From Chromatiales bacterium (GTDB taxonomy: Bacteria; Pseudomonadota; Gammaproteobacteria; UBA6429; Thiohalophilaceae), in the NCBI GenBank assembly GCA_027032075.1, contig JALVOC010000172.1:16434-80433 (forward strand): 64,000 nucleotides of DNA, read 5' to 3'. Positions 18,115 through 26,735 of this stretch are shown piece by piece. The position numbers were made by a program, and so were the translations under genes. Under the pieces are notes generated by a model that made no database searches, was not told the origin of the DNA, and worked only from the letters and a program-made list of their open reading frames with translations. Each line of letters begins with the position of its first letter. Position 1 is the first letter of the stretch.

Positions 18115-18888
18115 ATGCTACAACTGCTTGCCGCCATACCCACCATTCTTACCGCCATTTCCAAGGTCAGCGAACTTTTTCAGAAAGGCCGGGACGTTGT
18201 CGAGGAAGTCACCAACCAGCCATCACAGGCTTCCACTCCCGACGAACTCCGTAGCGAGGTCGAACAACTCACACCGGAACAACAAAACCGCTGGGCGGAA
18301 ATCATGTCCAAGGAAGTCGACAAATATGTCGCACAAAACGAGCGTCTGGCGACTGAAATCGGCCTGGTGGATGCCAATATCACGGGTAAACTCTCTGAGG
18401 ATGCGGCCTCGAAAGTCGCCATCATGCGCATGACCACCCGCCCCTGGGCAGTACGCTGGATGGTGTTCTATATCCTCTTTCCTTTTTTCCTCGTGATCAT
18501 CGACATGGCGCAGGAACTCCTGCTGACCTGGCTGCCCTTTCTCTCCAACTGGATATCCCCATACAGTACCTTTGAACATTTTTTTGGGGTAATGAATTTT
18601 CCGGATGTCTCCGATGCAAAATTCATTGAAAAAGTTACCGCATTATTCTCCAGCACAAAGGGGCCAACCACGTTTGCCGGTTACCTTTACATGGAATCCC
18701 TTCCCTGGGTTGTTTCGATTATTCTCAGCTACATGGGATTACGTGAAATCGGCAAATGGAGAAACCCCAATGACATACCCGGGCAAGGCAGCGCTGCCAG
18801 TCAACCTTCCACTGTAAGTGTTGTCCGCAAGACCCTGACAGAAGGCGCAAATCTTGTGTCCAGTGTATCGAAGTGGTTCAAAAAATAG
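18115..18888 (+). CDS. Membrane protein, possible holin-like partner (resembles 3-TM GTA/phage holins)
   Basis: Starts 23 nt after the peptidase, behind an AAGGAGGA Shine-Dalgarno. Soluble charged N-terminal half, then hydrophobic segments (TRPWAVRWMVFYILFPFFLVII..., LPWVVSIILSYMGL). The functional call is tentative. Confidence 0.45.
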   Translation: MLQLLAAIPTILTAISKVSELFQKGRDVVEEVTNQPSQASTPDELRSEVEQLTPEQQNRWAEIMSKEVDKYVAQNERLATEIGLVDANITGKLSEDAASKVAIMRMTTRPWAVRWMVFYILFPFFLVIIDMAQELLLTWLPFLSNWISPYSTFEHFFGVMNFPDVSDAKFIEKVTALFSSTKGPTTFAGYLYMESLPWVVSIILSYMGLREIGKWRNPNDIPGQGSAASQPSTVSVVRKTLTEGANLVSSVSKWFKK

Positions 18889-19020
18889 GTGCTGTGCCAA
18901 CGAGATCTGCACAAAACCCGCAACGGATAATTCACCAGAGTTTGCCAGCCCCTGCAAGCAAGAGAGGGGATATACATTTGTTTGTCTAAACAGGCGTTCC
19001 GAAGAGAAAAGATCAACTGT

Positions 19021-20268
19021 TTATTTTGGCCGCTGAAAGTTGGCGAGTAAAATTTCATTGAGTTTTGCAATGAAAACATTTTTCTCCAGAATGCCGGCAT
19101 GCGAGGCATTGAAGCCGTAAATTCTGACCGCTTCTGATTGCAGTTTCAGTGGTATCTGGCTTTGCAGGGTAACGACACCATCACCGCCTTTGCCACTTTC
19201 ATATGAAAACACAAGATAATAGGGGATCTCGCCCGGCCACTGCCAGGCATTGAGTTTCTGCAGGAAGCTGCTGCCTGTGGCCACGTCACGCCATGAGGGA
19301 ACCACGATAGGGGAATTCCGGACGCCGTTTGCTGCGCTGTGCATCCCTTTCATCGGGGTGTTGATGGTTACCAGCAGGTGAATGCTTTTTGCTGCATGAG
19401 GGTAGCGCTTGCGGTATTTCATCACGAAGGAACGTGCCACCAGGCCACCCATGCTATGGGCAATGATAAACAGTTGCCTGAAGCCATAGCTGCTTTGCAG
19501 TTGAGAGACCGAACGCGTGAGAAAGTCGCTCACCATATCCAGCCTGAGCCCGCTGGGATAATAAAACAGGAAAGGTTGAAATCGTGTGCGGTCCAGTTTT
19601 TCAACGATTTTCATCCAGTCATTCGCCCCGCCATTGGCGCCATGAATGAAAAGCACCGGGATTCTATTGTCCTGGTACTGCTGCAAAAGAAACAATCCTC
19701 CTCCAATTTTTTCGAGAAAGTCAACAGGTTTCCACAAACCCATGGACTCATTGTCTTCATTGAAAAGCGGTGTATGCATGGAGACCACACGGCCAATGTT
19801 CTTTACCGCCAGGGGAGTATTATCTATGGACTTGTATTTATGGTTAATTGCCAGTTTTCCCTTGATATACAGGACTGGCAACGTAACAGTTTGCTTTGCC
19901 CCTACCTTGACAGCCGTTGGTTTTCCATAATAACTGGCGTATTCATCCGGCTGATATTTGCCATCATTATTGCTGTCGACGAATGCTGCAATATAATAGG
20001 TGTCTGGCGTGAGGTGAAAGAGATAACCGCCCTCCGGCGTGGCCATCATGTGATTTTCGAGTATGAAAAATCCTTTCTCGTTCCGATACAAACCAACGAT
20101 AATATTTCCCGTTTGTTTTTCAGGCGGTTTGATTTTACCGGTGATAACTCCGGTATTGTCTGCAATCCTGGTTTGTTCCTCAATCTCCACCAGGGCACAG
20201 CCGCCAAGTGCCAGCAGGCAGCAGAATAACATCGGCGACGCATATAACAGGAATCTGAAGTGTTTCAT
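19021..20268 (-). CDS. Alpha/beta-hydrolase (lipase/esterase-like) lipoprotein
   Basis: Signal plus lipobox: LLALGGC. Nucleophile elbow: AHSMGG. Confidence 0.8.
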   Translation of the reverse strand: MKHFRFLLYASPMLFCCLLALGGCALVEIEEQTRIADNTGVITGKIKPPEKQTGNIIVGLYRNEKGFFILENHMMATPEGGYLFHLTPDTYYIAAFVDSNNDGKYQPDEYASYYGKPTAVKVGAKQTVTLPVLYIKGKLAINHKYKSIDNTPLAVKNIGRVVSMHTPLFNEDNESMGLWKPVDFLEKIGGGLFLLQQYQDNRIPVLFIHGANGGANDWMKIVEKLDRTRFQPFLFYYPSGLRLDMVSDFLTRSVSQLQSSYGFRQLFIIAHSMGGLVARSFVMKYRKRYPHAAKSIHLLVTINTPMKGMHSAANGVRNSPIVVPSWRDVATGSSFLQKLNAWQWPGEIPYYLVFSYESGKGGDGVVTLQSQIPLKLQSEAVRIYGFNASHAGILEKNVFIAKLNEILLANFQRPK

Positions 20269-20352
20269 CTATCCATTCCATTAAATTGGTTTTTATTGTC
20301 CCAGGCAAATTCGTATTATGGAGTTAACACCAATACAGGATAACCTGTAAAT

Positions 20353-23040
20353 TCAGAAACGCAAACGAAGGTATTTATGAAGTTCCATTACCATCAGCAC
20401 CAGCAGCGCCAGGCCAAGCAATTGTATCCAGTGCTGTGGCGATATTGGCTGGATGCGTAATACATCACTGATCCACGGTGTGTACATCGCGCCAATATGG
20501 ATCAGTTGTGCCGCGATGGTACCAAACAGAAGTACCGGATTGCGCAAGGGGCTATGTTGAAATACCGAACGCGTTTCCGAACGGCTGTTGAAAACATGGA
20601 CATTCTCAAACAACACCATCAACAGCAGCGTACCGTTTCGCGCTTCATCCAGGGTATAACCCTGTCCCAACAACCACTGAAAAAGCAGGAATGAAACGGT
20701 GCCGATGACCAGCGCAGACAAGATAACCCGTTCTATCATTATCCGGTTGAAAACGGATTCTTCCGGTGAGCGCGGTGGCCGCTTGAGTTCGTTTCCTTCT
20801 GCCGGTTCAAACGCAAGGGCAACATCCTGGATACCGTTGGTTACCAGGTTCAACCACAACAACTGTACCGCCAACAACGGCAGGGGCAAAGCGGTAAACA
20901 AGGCCAGCGTAAACAGCACCAGTTCCGCCGCACCGGTGGAAATCAGCAGAAAAATCACCTTGCGCACATTGCTGTAAGCAATGCGGCCTTCCTCCACACC
21001 TGCGACAATCGAAGCGAAATTATCGTCTGTAAGAATAATATCCGCAGATTCCCGTGCCACATCGGTCCCTCCCTTTCCCATGGCCACTCCCACCTGGGCG
21101 GCACGCAAGGCCGGGGCATCATTGGCACCATCTCCGGTAACGGCGACAAAATGGCCGTTACGTTGCAATGACTGCACGATATCCAGTTTGTGCTGCGGTT
21201 CCACACGTGCGAACACCAATGCACGGCGGGTAAGCTCGTCAAAGGCCGGGGTATCTTTCAGTTGTTTTATTTCACTGGCGGTGACCACCTGCTCTGACCG
21301 CTGTGCCAGCTCCAGCTCACGGGCGATCGCCAGGGCGGTGGCGGGGTGGTCTCCTGTCAGCATCGCAACCTTGATCCCCGCCTTGCGGCAGGCGGATACT
21401 GCCGCTTTCGCTTCCTTGCGCAGGGGGTCAATCATACCAACCAGGCCGATAAAGGTTAGCCCCGTAAGATGCTCTTCGGAAAAACAGTCGTCTTCATCCA
21501 GTGGAATTTCACCAGCCGCAAACGCCAATACGCGGTATCCCTGTTGTGCCAGAATCTCGGCCTTTTTCTCGATCAAACCGGGGTCGATCGGGATATCCTC
21601 CTGGGGTGTCGCCATACGGCTGCACATCGGCAATACCCTTTCCAGGGCGCCTTTTACCGAGGCATACTTCGTTTCACCCACTCTATTCAGACTGGCGGAA
21701 AACTGGTATTCCGACTCAAACGGAATAATCGCCAACTCCGGACAGGCATTGTTTGTTTCCTCCTTGACAATGCCGGCCTTACGCGCCATGACCAGCAAGG
21801 CCACGTCCATGGCATCACCATGATAACTCCAGTCGTTGTCACGGTGAGCAAGGAAACCGTCGTTGGCAAGCACTGCCACCTGGCACAACCGTTCCAGCAA
21901 GGCCTCCTCTTCTGCCGCAGGTGTGCCGCTTGGTGAAAGAATGGTCCCTTCGGGACTCACTCCCTCGCCCGTCACCTCCCAGAAATCCCTGTCGGCGAAG
22001 GCAATGCGGCGGACGGTCAGCTGGTTTACGGTAAGTGTGCCGGTCTTGTCGGTGGCGATATAGGTACAGGACCCCAGAGCTTCAACGGCGATCAATCGCC
22101 GTACGATGACATTCCGCTTGGCCATACGCCGCATGCCGATGGCAAGCGCCACGGTTAACGCCACGGGCAAACCTTCAGGAATCGCCGACACCGCCAGAGC
22201 CACCGCCAGCAGGAACACTTCAACCAACGGAATACCCTGCATCACGGTCACTGCCGCCATGATGATCGCCGCAACACCCACGAAGATCGCCACCCTGTGA
22301 GTGAATTTCTCCATGCGTATCAACAGGGGTGCTTTTGCCGAAGGTTTGCCAAGTACCGCAGCAGCGATCCGGCCCAGTTCCGTATTCAACGCTGTTGCCA
22401 CCACTACCGCATGTGCCCGCCCCTTGTTCACCAGACTGCCGGCGTAGGCCATATTGCGCCGATCACCGAGCGGCGTATCCTGCGGCAACACCAGATCCGC
22501 ATCTTTTACAACGGCAAACGACTCGCCGGTAAGCAGGGACTCGTCGATTTGCAGATCGTGACAGCTAAGCAGACGTACATCCGCAGGGACCCTGTCCCCC
22601 GACTCAAGCAGGATGATGTCACCGGGAACCAGCTCTTCTGCATCAATTTCGTAACTGTCCCCTTCCCGCAGTACCCGCGTGTGTGTTGTGACCAGTTTCT
22701 GCAGGACGAGAGCGGCACGTTGAGCGGAATATTCCTGGATGGTGCCAATAATGGCGTTGATGAAGAGTACTGCGAAGATAAAACCGGCATCGGACCACTC
22801 CCGGATAACCAGCGACAACAGTGCGGCGGCAAGCAGGACATAAATCAAGGGACTGGCAAACTGGCGGAGGAACACACTGCCGATCCCTGGCGGCCTGGCG
22901 CTGGGCAGGGTATTCCGACCATAGCGATCCAGCCGCGCTGCCGCCTCTCCAAGACCAAGACCATGTGGCGAGGCATTTAACCGCGCAAGTACTTTTTCAG
23001 CGCTTTCGGTATATGGCGGCGAGATCAGATCATCCACCAT
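20353..23040 (-). CDS. Cation-transporting P-type ATPase (P2/P3-like, Ca2+/Mg2+-type architecture)
   Basis: DKTGTLT phosphorylation site, TGES, MLTGDH, VTGDGANDAPAL, and an N-terminal Cation_ATPase_N-like segment. 895 aa. Confidence 0.92.
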   Translation of the reverse strand: MVDDLISPPYTESAEKVLARLNASPHGLGLGEAAARLDRYGRNTLPSARPPGIGSVFLRQFASPLIYVLLAAALLSLVIREWSDAGFIFAVLFINAIIGTIQEYSAQRAALVLQKLVTTHTRVLREGDSYEIDAEELVPGDIILLESGDRVPADVRLLSCHDLQIDESLLTGESFAVVKDADLVLPQDTPLGDRRNMAYAGSLVNKGRAHAVVVATALNTELGRIAAAVLGKPSAKAPLLIRMEKFTHRVAIFVGVAAIIMAAVTVMQGIPLVEVFLLAVALAVSAIPEGLPVALTVALAIGMRRMAKRNVIVRRLIAVEALGSCTYIATDKTGTLTVNQLTVRRIAFADRDFWEVTGEGVSPEGTILSPSGTPAAEEEALLERLCQVAVLANDGFLAHRDNDWSYHGDAMDVALLVMARKAGIVKEETNNACPELAIIPFESEYQFSASLNRVGETKYASVKGALERVLPMCSRMATPQEDIPIDPGLIEKKAEILAQQGYRVLAFAAGEIPLDEDDCFSEEHLTGLTFIGLVGMIDPLRKEAKAAVSACRKAGIKVAMLTGDHPATALAIARELELAQRSEQVVTASEIKQLKDTPAFDELTRRALVFARVEPQHKLDIVQSLQRNGHFVAVTGDGANDAPALRAAQVGVAMGKGGTDVARESADIILTDDNFASIVAGVEEGRIAYSNVRKVIFLLISTGAAELVLFTLALFTALPLPLLAVQLLWLNLVTNGIQDVALAFEPAEGNELKRPPRSPEESVFNRIMIERVILSALVIGTVSFLLFQWLLGQGYTLDEARNGTLLLMVLFENVHVFNSRSETRSVFQHSPLRNPVLLFGTIAAQLIHIGAMYTPWISDVLRIQPISPQHWIQLLGLALLVLMVMELHKYLRLRF

Positions 23041-23455
23041 GAGATTGCCTCGGCAAAAGCATTTGGGTTATATCCTCATTATTCCTGCGGCTCATTCCAG
23101 CCATCCCCCGGTTGCGAATCGCTTGATAATACGCCTGTCGTGAAACGCGGGTAACCTTTTGGAGGCGGATGTTCCTTGATGTAGCGGTATTTCTGCCATT
23201 TATGACTTTATGATCCCCCGGTGCTTCATCAAAAGCGATGGAGAAACAAGTTCAAGCTTAACCAATCCAGCCTGCCATAACCATACTTAAACTAGCCGTT
23301 TGTTCAGTCTCTCATTATTCGCCAATAACACTACACCCAGTATCACCATGTCATGGGCTATCCCCTGTGAGCATCGTCATACACGGCAAAAAACCGCTAA
23401 CCGTATAAGATTGTTAAAATATATTAAATTTCCACCACTTGCAGGAGCAGTCCAC

Positions 23456-23482
23456 TACAATTTCCCCCGTGTCAGCCGATAA
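23456..23482 (+). promoter_or_regulatory. Sigma-28 (FliA)-type promoter candidate for the chemoreceptor gene
   Basis: TACAATTT-N11-GCCGATAA versus the consensus TAAAGTTT-N11-GCCGATAA. The -10 element ends 38 nt before the ATG at 23521. Confidence 0.6.
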
Positions 23483-23520
23483 CAAATTACGAGCGCAATA
23501 GTAATCAAGGAGTTATTGCA

Positions 23521-25515
23521 ATGCCCCTGCAAAAGAACCTGTTTTCCAGTCTATCCATCCGCGGCCGCTTCAATCTCCTGCAGCTAATGGTATTTGCCAT
23601 TCTGCTCATCTCCACCGGCGCCATTTATCTGCAAATCGCGCCTATCAAAGCGCAATGGGCGCAGTACCACGAAGAAGTGGCCAAACGCCATACCTTGTTA
23701 TTGGATATAAGATCACAATTTGGTTATGGCGGGATCATTCACAATTTCAAGAACTATGTATTGCGTGGCACGGCAAAATATCAGCAACGCTTGCACAACA
23801 ATTTCAGCAAGCTGAACAGGGTACTGGATGAATACCGGAAGCTGAATGGCCTCTCTGCAGAAGAACGACGTGCGCTGGAAAAAATCGCAACGGTAATGGG
23901 CAAATACCAGGGCACGATTGACAAAGTAAACCAGATGCACAAACAACATACCCCACGGGAAATCGACACCGCGGTAAAAATCGACGACAGCCCTGCATTT
24001 GAGGGCTTTAAGGTGCTGGACGCGCGTTATCGGCAGCTGACAGAAAAACATACGCAGACACTCGAAGAACATATTGACTCTGCACTCTCAACCTCGTTCT
24101 GGGGGGCAATCATCACTTTTTTCCTGATCGCGGTTGTCATCTGGTTCCTGGCTCGCGCCCTGGTGCGGCGCATCGAACAGATGCGCTCCCTGGTAACGAA
24201 AGTCGAACAGGACAACGATCTCACGATTCGACTGCCAGTTATGGGTAAGAATGAATTATGCGATCTGGCACATTCCTTCAACACCATGCTGGAACGGTTT
24301 GAAACAATTGTCTCCCTGGTGGTGAAAAGCACCCTGGATGCCGTGGCGGAAAGCAGCCGTGTCGGCTCTGCGGCGGAACACACGGCCAAGAGCGTACAAA
24401 AGCAGCATGTCCAGATTGACATGATCACCACGGCAATGACTGAAATGTCGGCGACAGTACATGAAGTCGCCAAACACGCTGCGGATGCCGCCCATTCCGC
24501 GGAGAATGCCAAAAACATAGCCGATGACGGACGGCAGGTGGTAAGCCGCACCGTCAGCACTATTGATACGCTCACCCAGCAGATTGAATCAGCCGGTGAG
24601 GTAATTGAAAAACTGGAAGACGGCAGCCAGGAGATCGGCCAGGTGCTGGAAGTGATCAAGGGTATAGCGGAACAGACCAATCTGTTGGCGCTAAACGCCG
24701 CCATCGAAGCCGCCCGCGCGGGTGAGCAAGGACGTGGCTTTGCCGTCGTCGCAGACGAGGTACGGGCGCTTGCGGCACGCACGCAGGAATCCACCGAAGA
24801 GATCCGCAATATGATAGAAAGCCTGCAGAAACAGGCGGGCGAAGCCGTTAGCGCCATGCAGAAAGGTCGTGAACAGGCCCAGCACGGCTCCGAGCAGGCC
24901 AACGAGGCAGGCGAAGCGCTCGAAGGAATCGTGCAGGCCGTAAACATGATTACCGACATGAACACACAAATTGCCACTGCCGCCGAAGAACAGAGCACGG
25001 TCAGTAACGAAATAAACGAAAATGTCACGGATGTTGCCCGACTGGCGGAACAGAGCACCCGTTCGGCAGAAGAAAGTCTTGACGCGATAAACATGATTTC
25101 CGTCAAGATGGAGGAGTTACGAACCCAGGTAACACGTTTCCGCACCGGCATTGACAAGGGACTGGATCTCTCCAAGGCGAAAGAGGCGCACCTCGCCTGG
25201 AAGAGCCGGCTTCGCAATTACCTGGATGATGAGGGCGGCCTCACCCGGGACCAGGCGGTTTCACACCATCATTGTGTCCTGGGCAAATGGTATTACGGTG
25301 AAGGATTGGCCAATTACAGTGAAATCAAGGAAATGCAGGAACTGGAGAAACCTCATGAGGAATTGCACGCACTCATACATCTGATCATTGATCTGAAGGA
25401 AGCCGAACGGCTGGAGGAAGCCGAAGAGGCGTTCAAACAGGTTGAGCCGCTCTCGAAGCGCATTATCGGATTGCTCGACACCATCGAACAGAAAGTTTTG
25501 GAGAAAGCCGCCTGA
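23521..25515 (+). CDS. Methyl-accepting chemotaxis protein with C-terminal CZB (chemoreceptor zinc-binding) domain
   Basis: HAMP plus the MA signalling domain ([35 protein letters not shown]). C-terminus: HLAWKSRL...[14 protein letters not shown]...HEELH. Confidence 0.9.
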   Translation: MPLQKNLFSSLSIRGRFNLLQLMVFAILLISTGAIYLQIAPIKAQWAQYHEEVAKRHTLLLDIRSQFGYGGIIHNFKNYVLRGTAKYQQRLHNNFSKLNRVLDEYRKLNGLSAEERRALEKIATVMGKYQGTIDKVNQMHKQHTPREIDTAVKIDDSPAFEGFKVLDARYRQLTEKHTQTLEEHIDSALSTSFWGAIITFFLIAVVIWFLARALVRRIEQMRSLVTKVEQDNDLTIRLPVMGKNELCDLAHSFNTMLERFETIVSLVVKSTLDAVAESSRVGSAAEHTAKSVQKQHVQIDMITTAMTEMSATVHEVAKHAADAAHSAENAKNIADDGRQVVSRTVSTIDTLTQQIESAGEVIEKLEDGSQEIGQVLEVIKGIAEQTNLLALNAAIEAARAGEQGRGFAVVADEVRALAARTQESTEEIRNMIESLQKQAGEAVSAMQKGREQAQHGSEQANEAGEALEGIVQAVNMITDMNTQIATAAEEQSTVSNEINENVTDVARLAEQSTRSAEESLDAINMISVKMEELRTQVTRFRTGIDKGLDLSKAKEAHLAWKSRLRNYLDDEGGLTRDQAVSHHHCVLGKWYYGEGLANYSEIKEMQELEKPHEELHALIHLIIDLKEAERLEEAEEAFKQVEPLSKRIIGLLDTIEQKVLEKAA

Positions 25516-25651
25516 TCATACCGGCGACAGGCATATTTGAAACTGGCCCGTTACCACAAATCTGCCGGCATGGTTAGCCGGAAAATCCAAGTGGTATTGT
25601 AGCCATCCAATCTCGTTCGTACTTAAACCGGTTCTCACTAAATCACTGTGC

Positions 25652-25685
25652 AAAAAACATCACCCTGGGTTCAATCCCAGGGTGA
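25652..25685 (-). terminator. Rho-independent terminator downstream of the Cys-rich protein gene
   Basis: On the - strand: tcaccctggg-attgaa-cccagggtga followed by tgttttttg. Confidence 0.6.
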
Positions 25686-25757
25686 CGTCTTCATCTTTAG
25701 AATGGATATTCAGAACAACAGTTTATTCTGAAGTTGTTTCCATATTCCGATTTTGAT

Positions 25758-26249
25758 TCATGCAATTATTTTCTTGCATTCCTTGATGCATTGTTTGCAC
25801 GAATCCGCACAGGCCTTGCATTCAGCGTGCTTATCCGCATGTTTACGGCATTCTTTTTCACAATCCTTGCACACTTCGAGGCAAACTCTGGCCAAATCCT
25901 TCAGGTGATGTGAACGATATGACGCCATGCGGGAGAGAGCGGTACACATTGCCAGCATTTCATTCACAGTATCAGCGCATTCCGCCACCGAGGTGTCACC
26001 CCCTTTAAAAAGTTCAATACAATGGTCAAGGCATGCCTCTCCCGTTTTCACACAATCCAGTGCAGAATCAATGACAGCTTGTTGTTTATTGGCAGCATGA
26101 TGTGCATGTTCCGGGTTCATTCCGGCAAAAGCCAGACCGCTGCCCGTAGTAGCCATTACCGCAAGCATGCCCTGCAGGGCTTTGCGCCTGTTTATCAAGT
26201 TGCCTTCATAATTCATTTTGTTTTTTTCAAGCCCGGCTTTATCAGACAT
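25758..26249 (-). CDS. Tat-exported Cys-rich four-helix-bundle protein (DUF326/Csp-like, putative copper binding)
   Basis: Twin-arginine signal: NRRKALQGMLAVMATTGSGLAFA. About 14 Cys in CxxxC/CxxC heptad-like spacing. Strong AAGGAG Shine-Dalgarno. Confidence 0.8.
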   Translation of the reverse strand: MSDKAGLEKNKMNYEGNLINRRKALQGMLAVMATTGSGLAFAGMNPEHAHHAANKQQAVIDSALDCVKTGEACLDHCIELFKGGDTSVAECADTVNEMLAMCTALSRMASYRSHHLKDLARVCLEVCKDCEKECRKHADKHAECKACADSCKQCIKECKKIIA

Positions 26250-26324
26250 ATTATCTCCTTATTTTGAGGATTGATTACATAATAAACAGTTTTTGGTATA
26301 TGCAGCTTTACTACACTCAACAGA

Positions 26325-26568
26325 CGTTCCGAATACCGGATCATTTTGTATTGTTGCCGGATTCTAAATGAGTGTGCGAAAAAGGTGTCCAGTTTGTTAT
26401 TTGACAAGCCAGCTCTCCGGTACCCCATGGCAAGACTCTCGGCAGCAGGGATGCTGCCGTGAAGCTTACAGGGATGTATTCACAGCGTGTCTCGCCATGG
26501 GGTACCGGAGAGCTGGCCTCTCGATACACGGAATTATCCCCTATCAATGTGGACACCTTTTTCGCACA
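26325..26568 (+). repeat. Structured intergenic repeat, type-2 copy A
   Basis: Long-arm module 26325..26365. Nested palindromes: outer 17-bp stem 26374..26390 / 26551..26567, inner 20-bp perfect stem 26409..26428 / 26497..26516, 68-nt core 26429..26496. Confidence 0.85.
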
Positions 26569-26650
26569 GCTATCTGATTTCGCAACAGGGCCAAAGGAAC
26601 AAACAGCTTCACACCCTTTATTTTCTTGCCCGCATATAACTGAATATTTG

Positions 26651-26735
26651 TTCAGCATAGCAGATCATTTTAATATTGTATCCGGCATCGATACTCAAAG
26701 CCAGAATCAGACTTGTATGCGGAACGCAGGTTTAA
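26651..26735. repeat. Degenerate arm and terminal-repeat remnants of the same family
   Basis: cagatcattttaatattgtatccgg resembles the long arm. ccagaatcag...gtatgcggaacgcaggtttaaac resembles a deleted right arm plus terminal repeat. It abuts the chemoreceptor stop codon (26732). Confidence 0.45.

Noticed and set aside
24027-25217. 396-aa antisense ORF inside the first MCP gene. Likewise 26459..28150 (+, 563 aa) inside the second.
   Set aside because: These lie opposite strongly supported MCP coding frames. The translations are Ser/Ala/Cys/Arg-rich with no domain signatures, which is typical of the antisense frame of coiled-coil MA domains.
25660-25685. tRNA-like T-arm motif (GGTTCAATCCC).
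   Set aside because: The pairing extends to a simple 10-bp hairpin with an adjacent U-tract on the - strand. There are no acceptor, D or anticodon arms around it. It is interpreted as a terminator.
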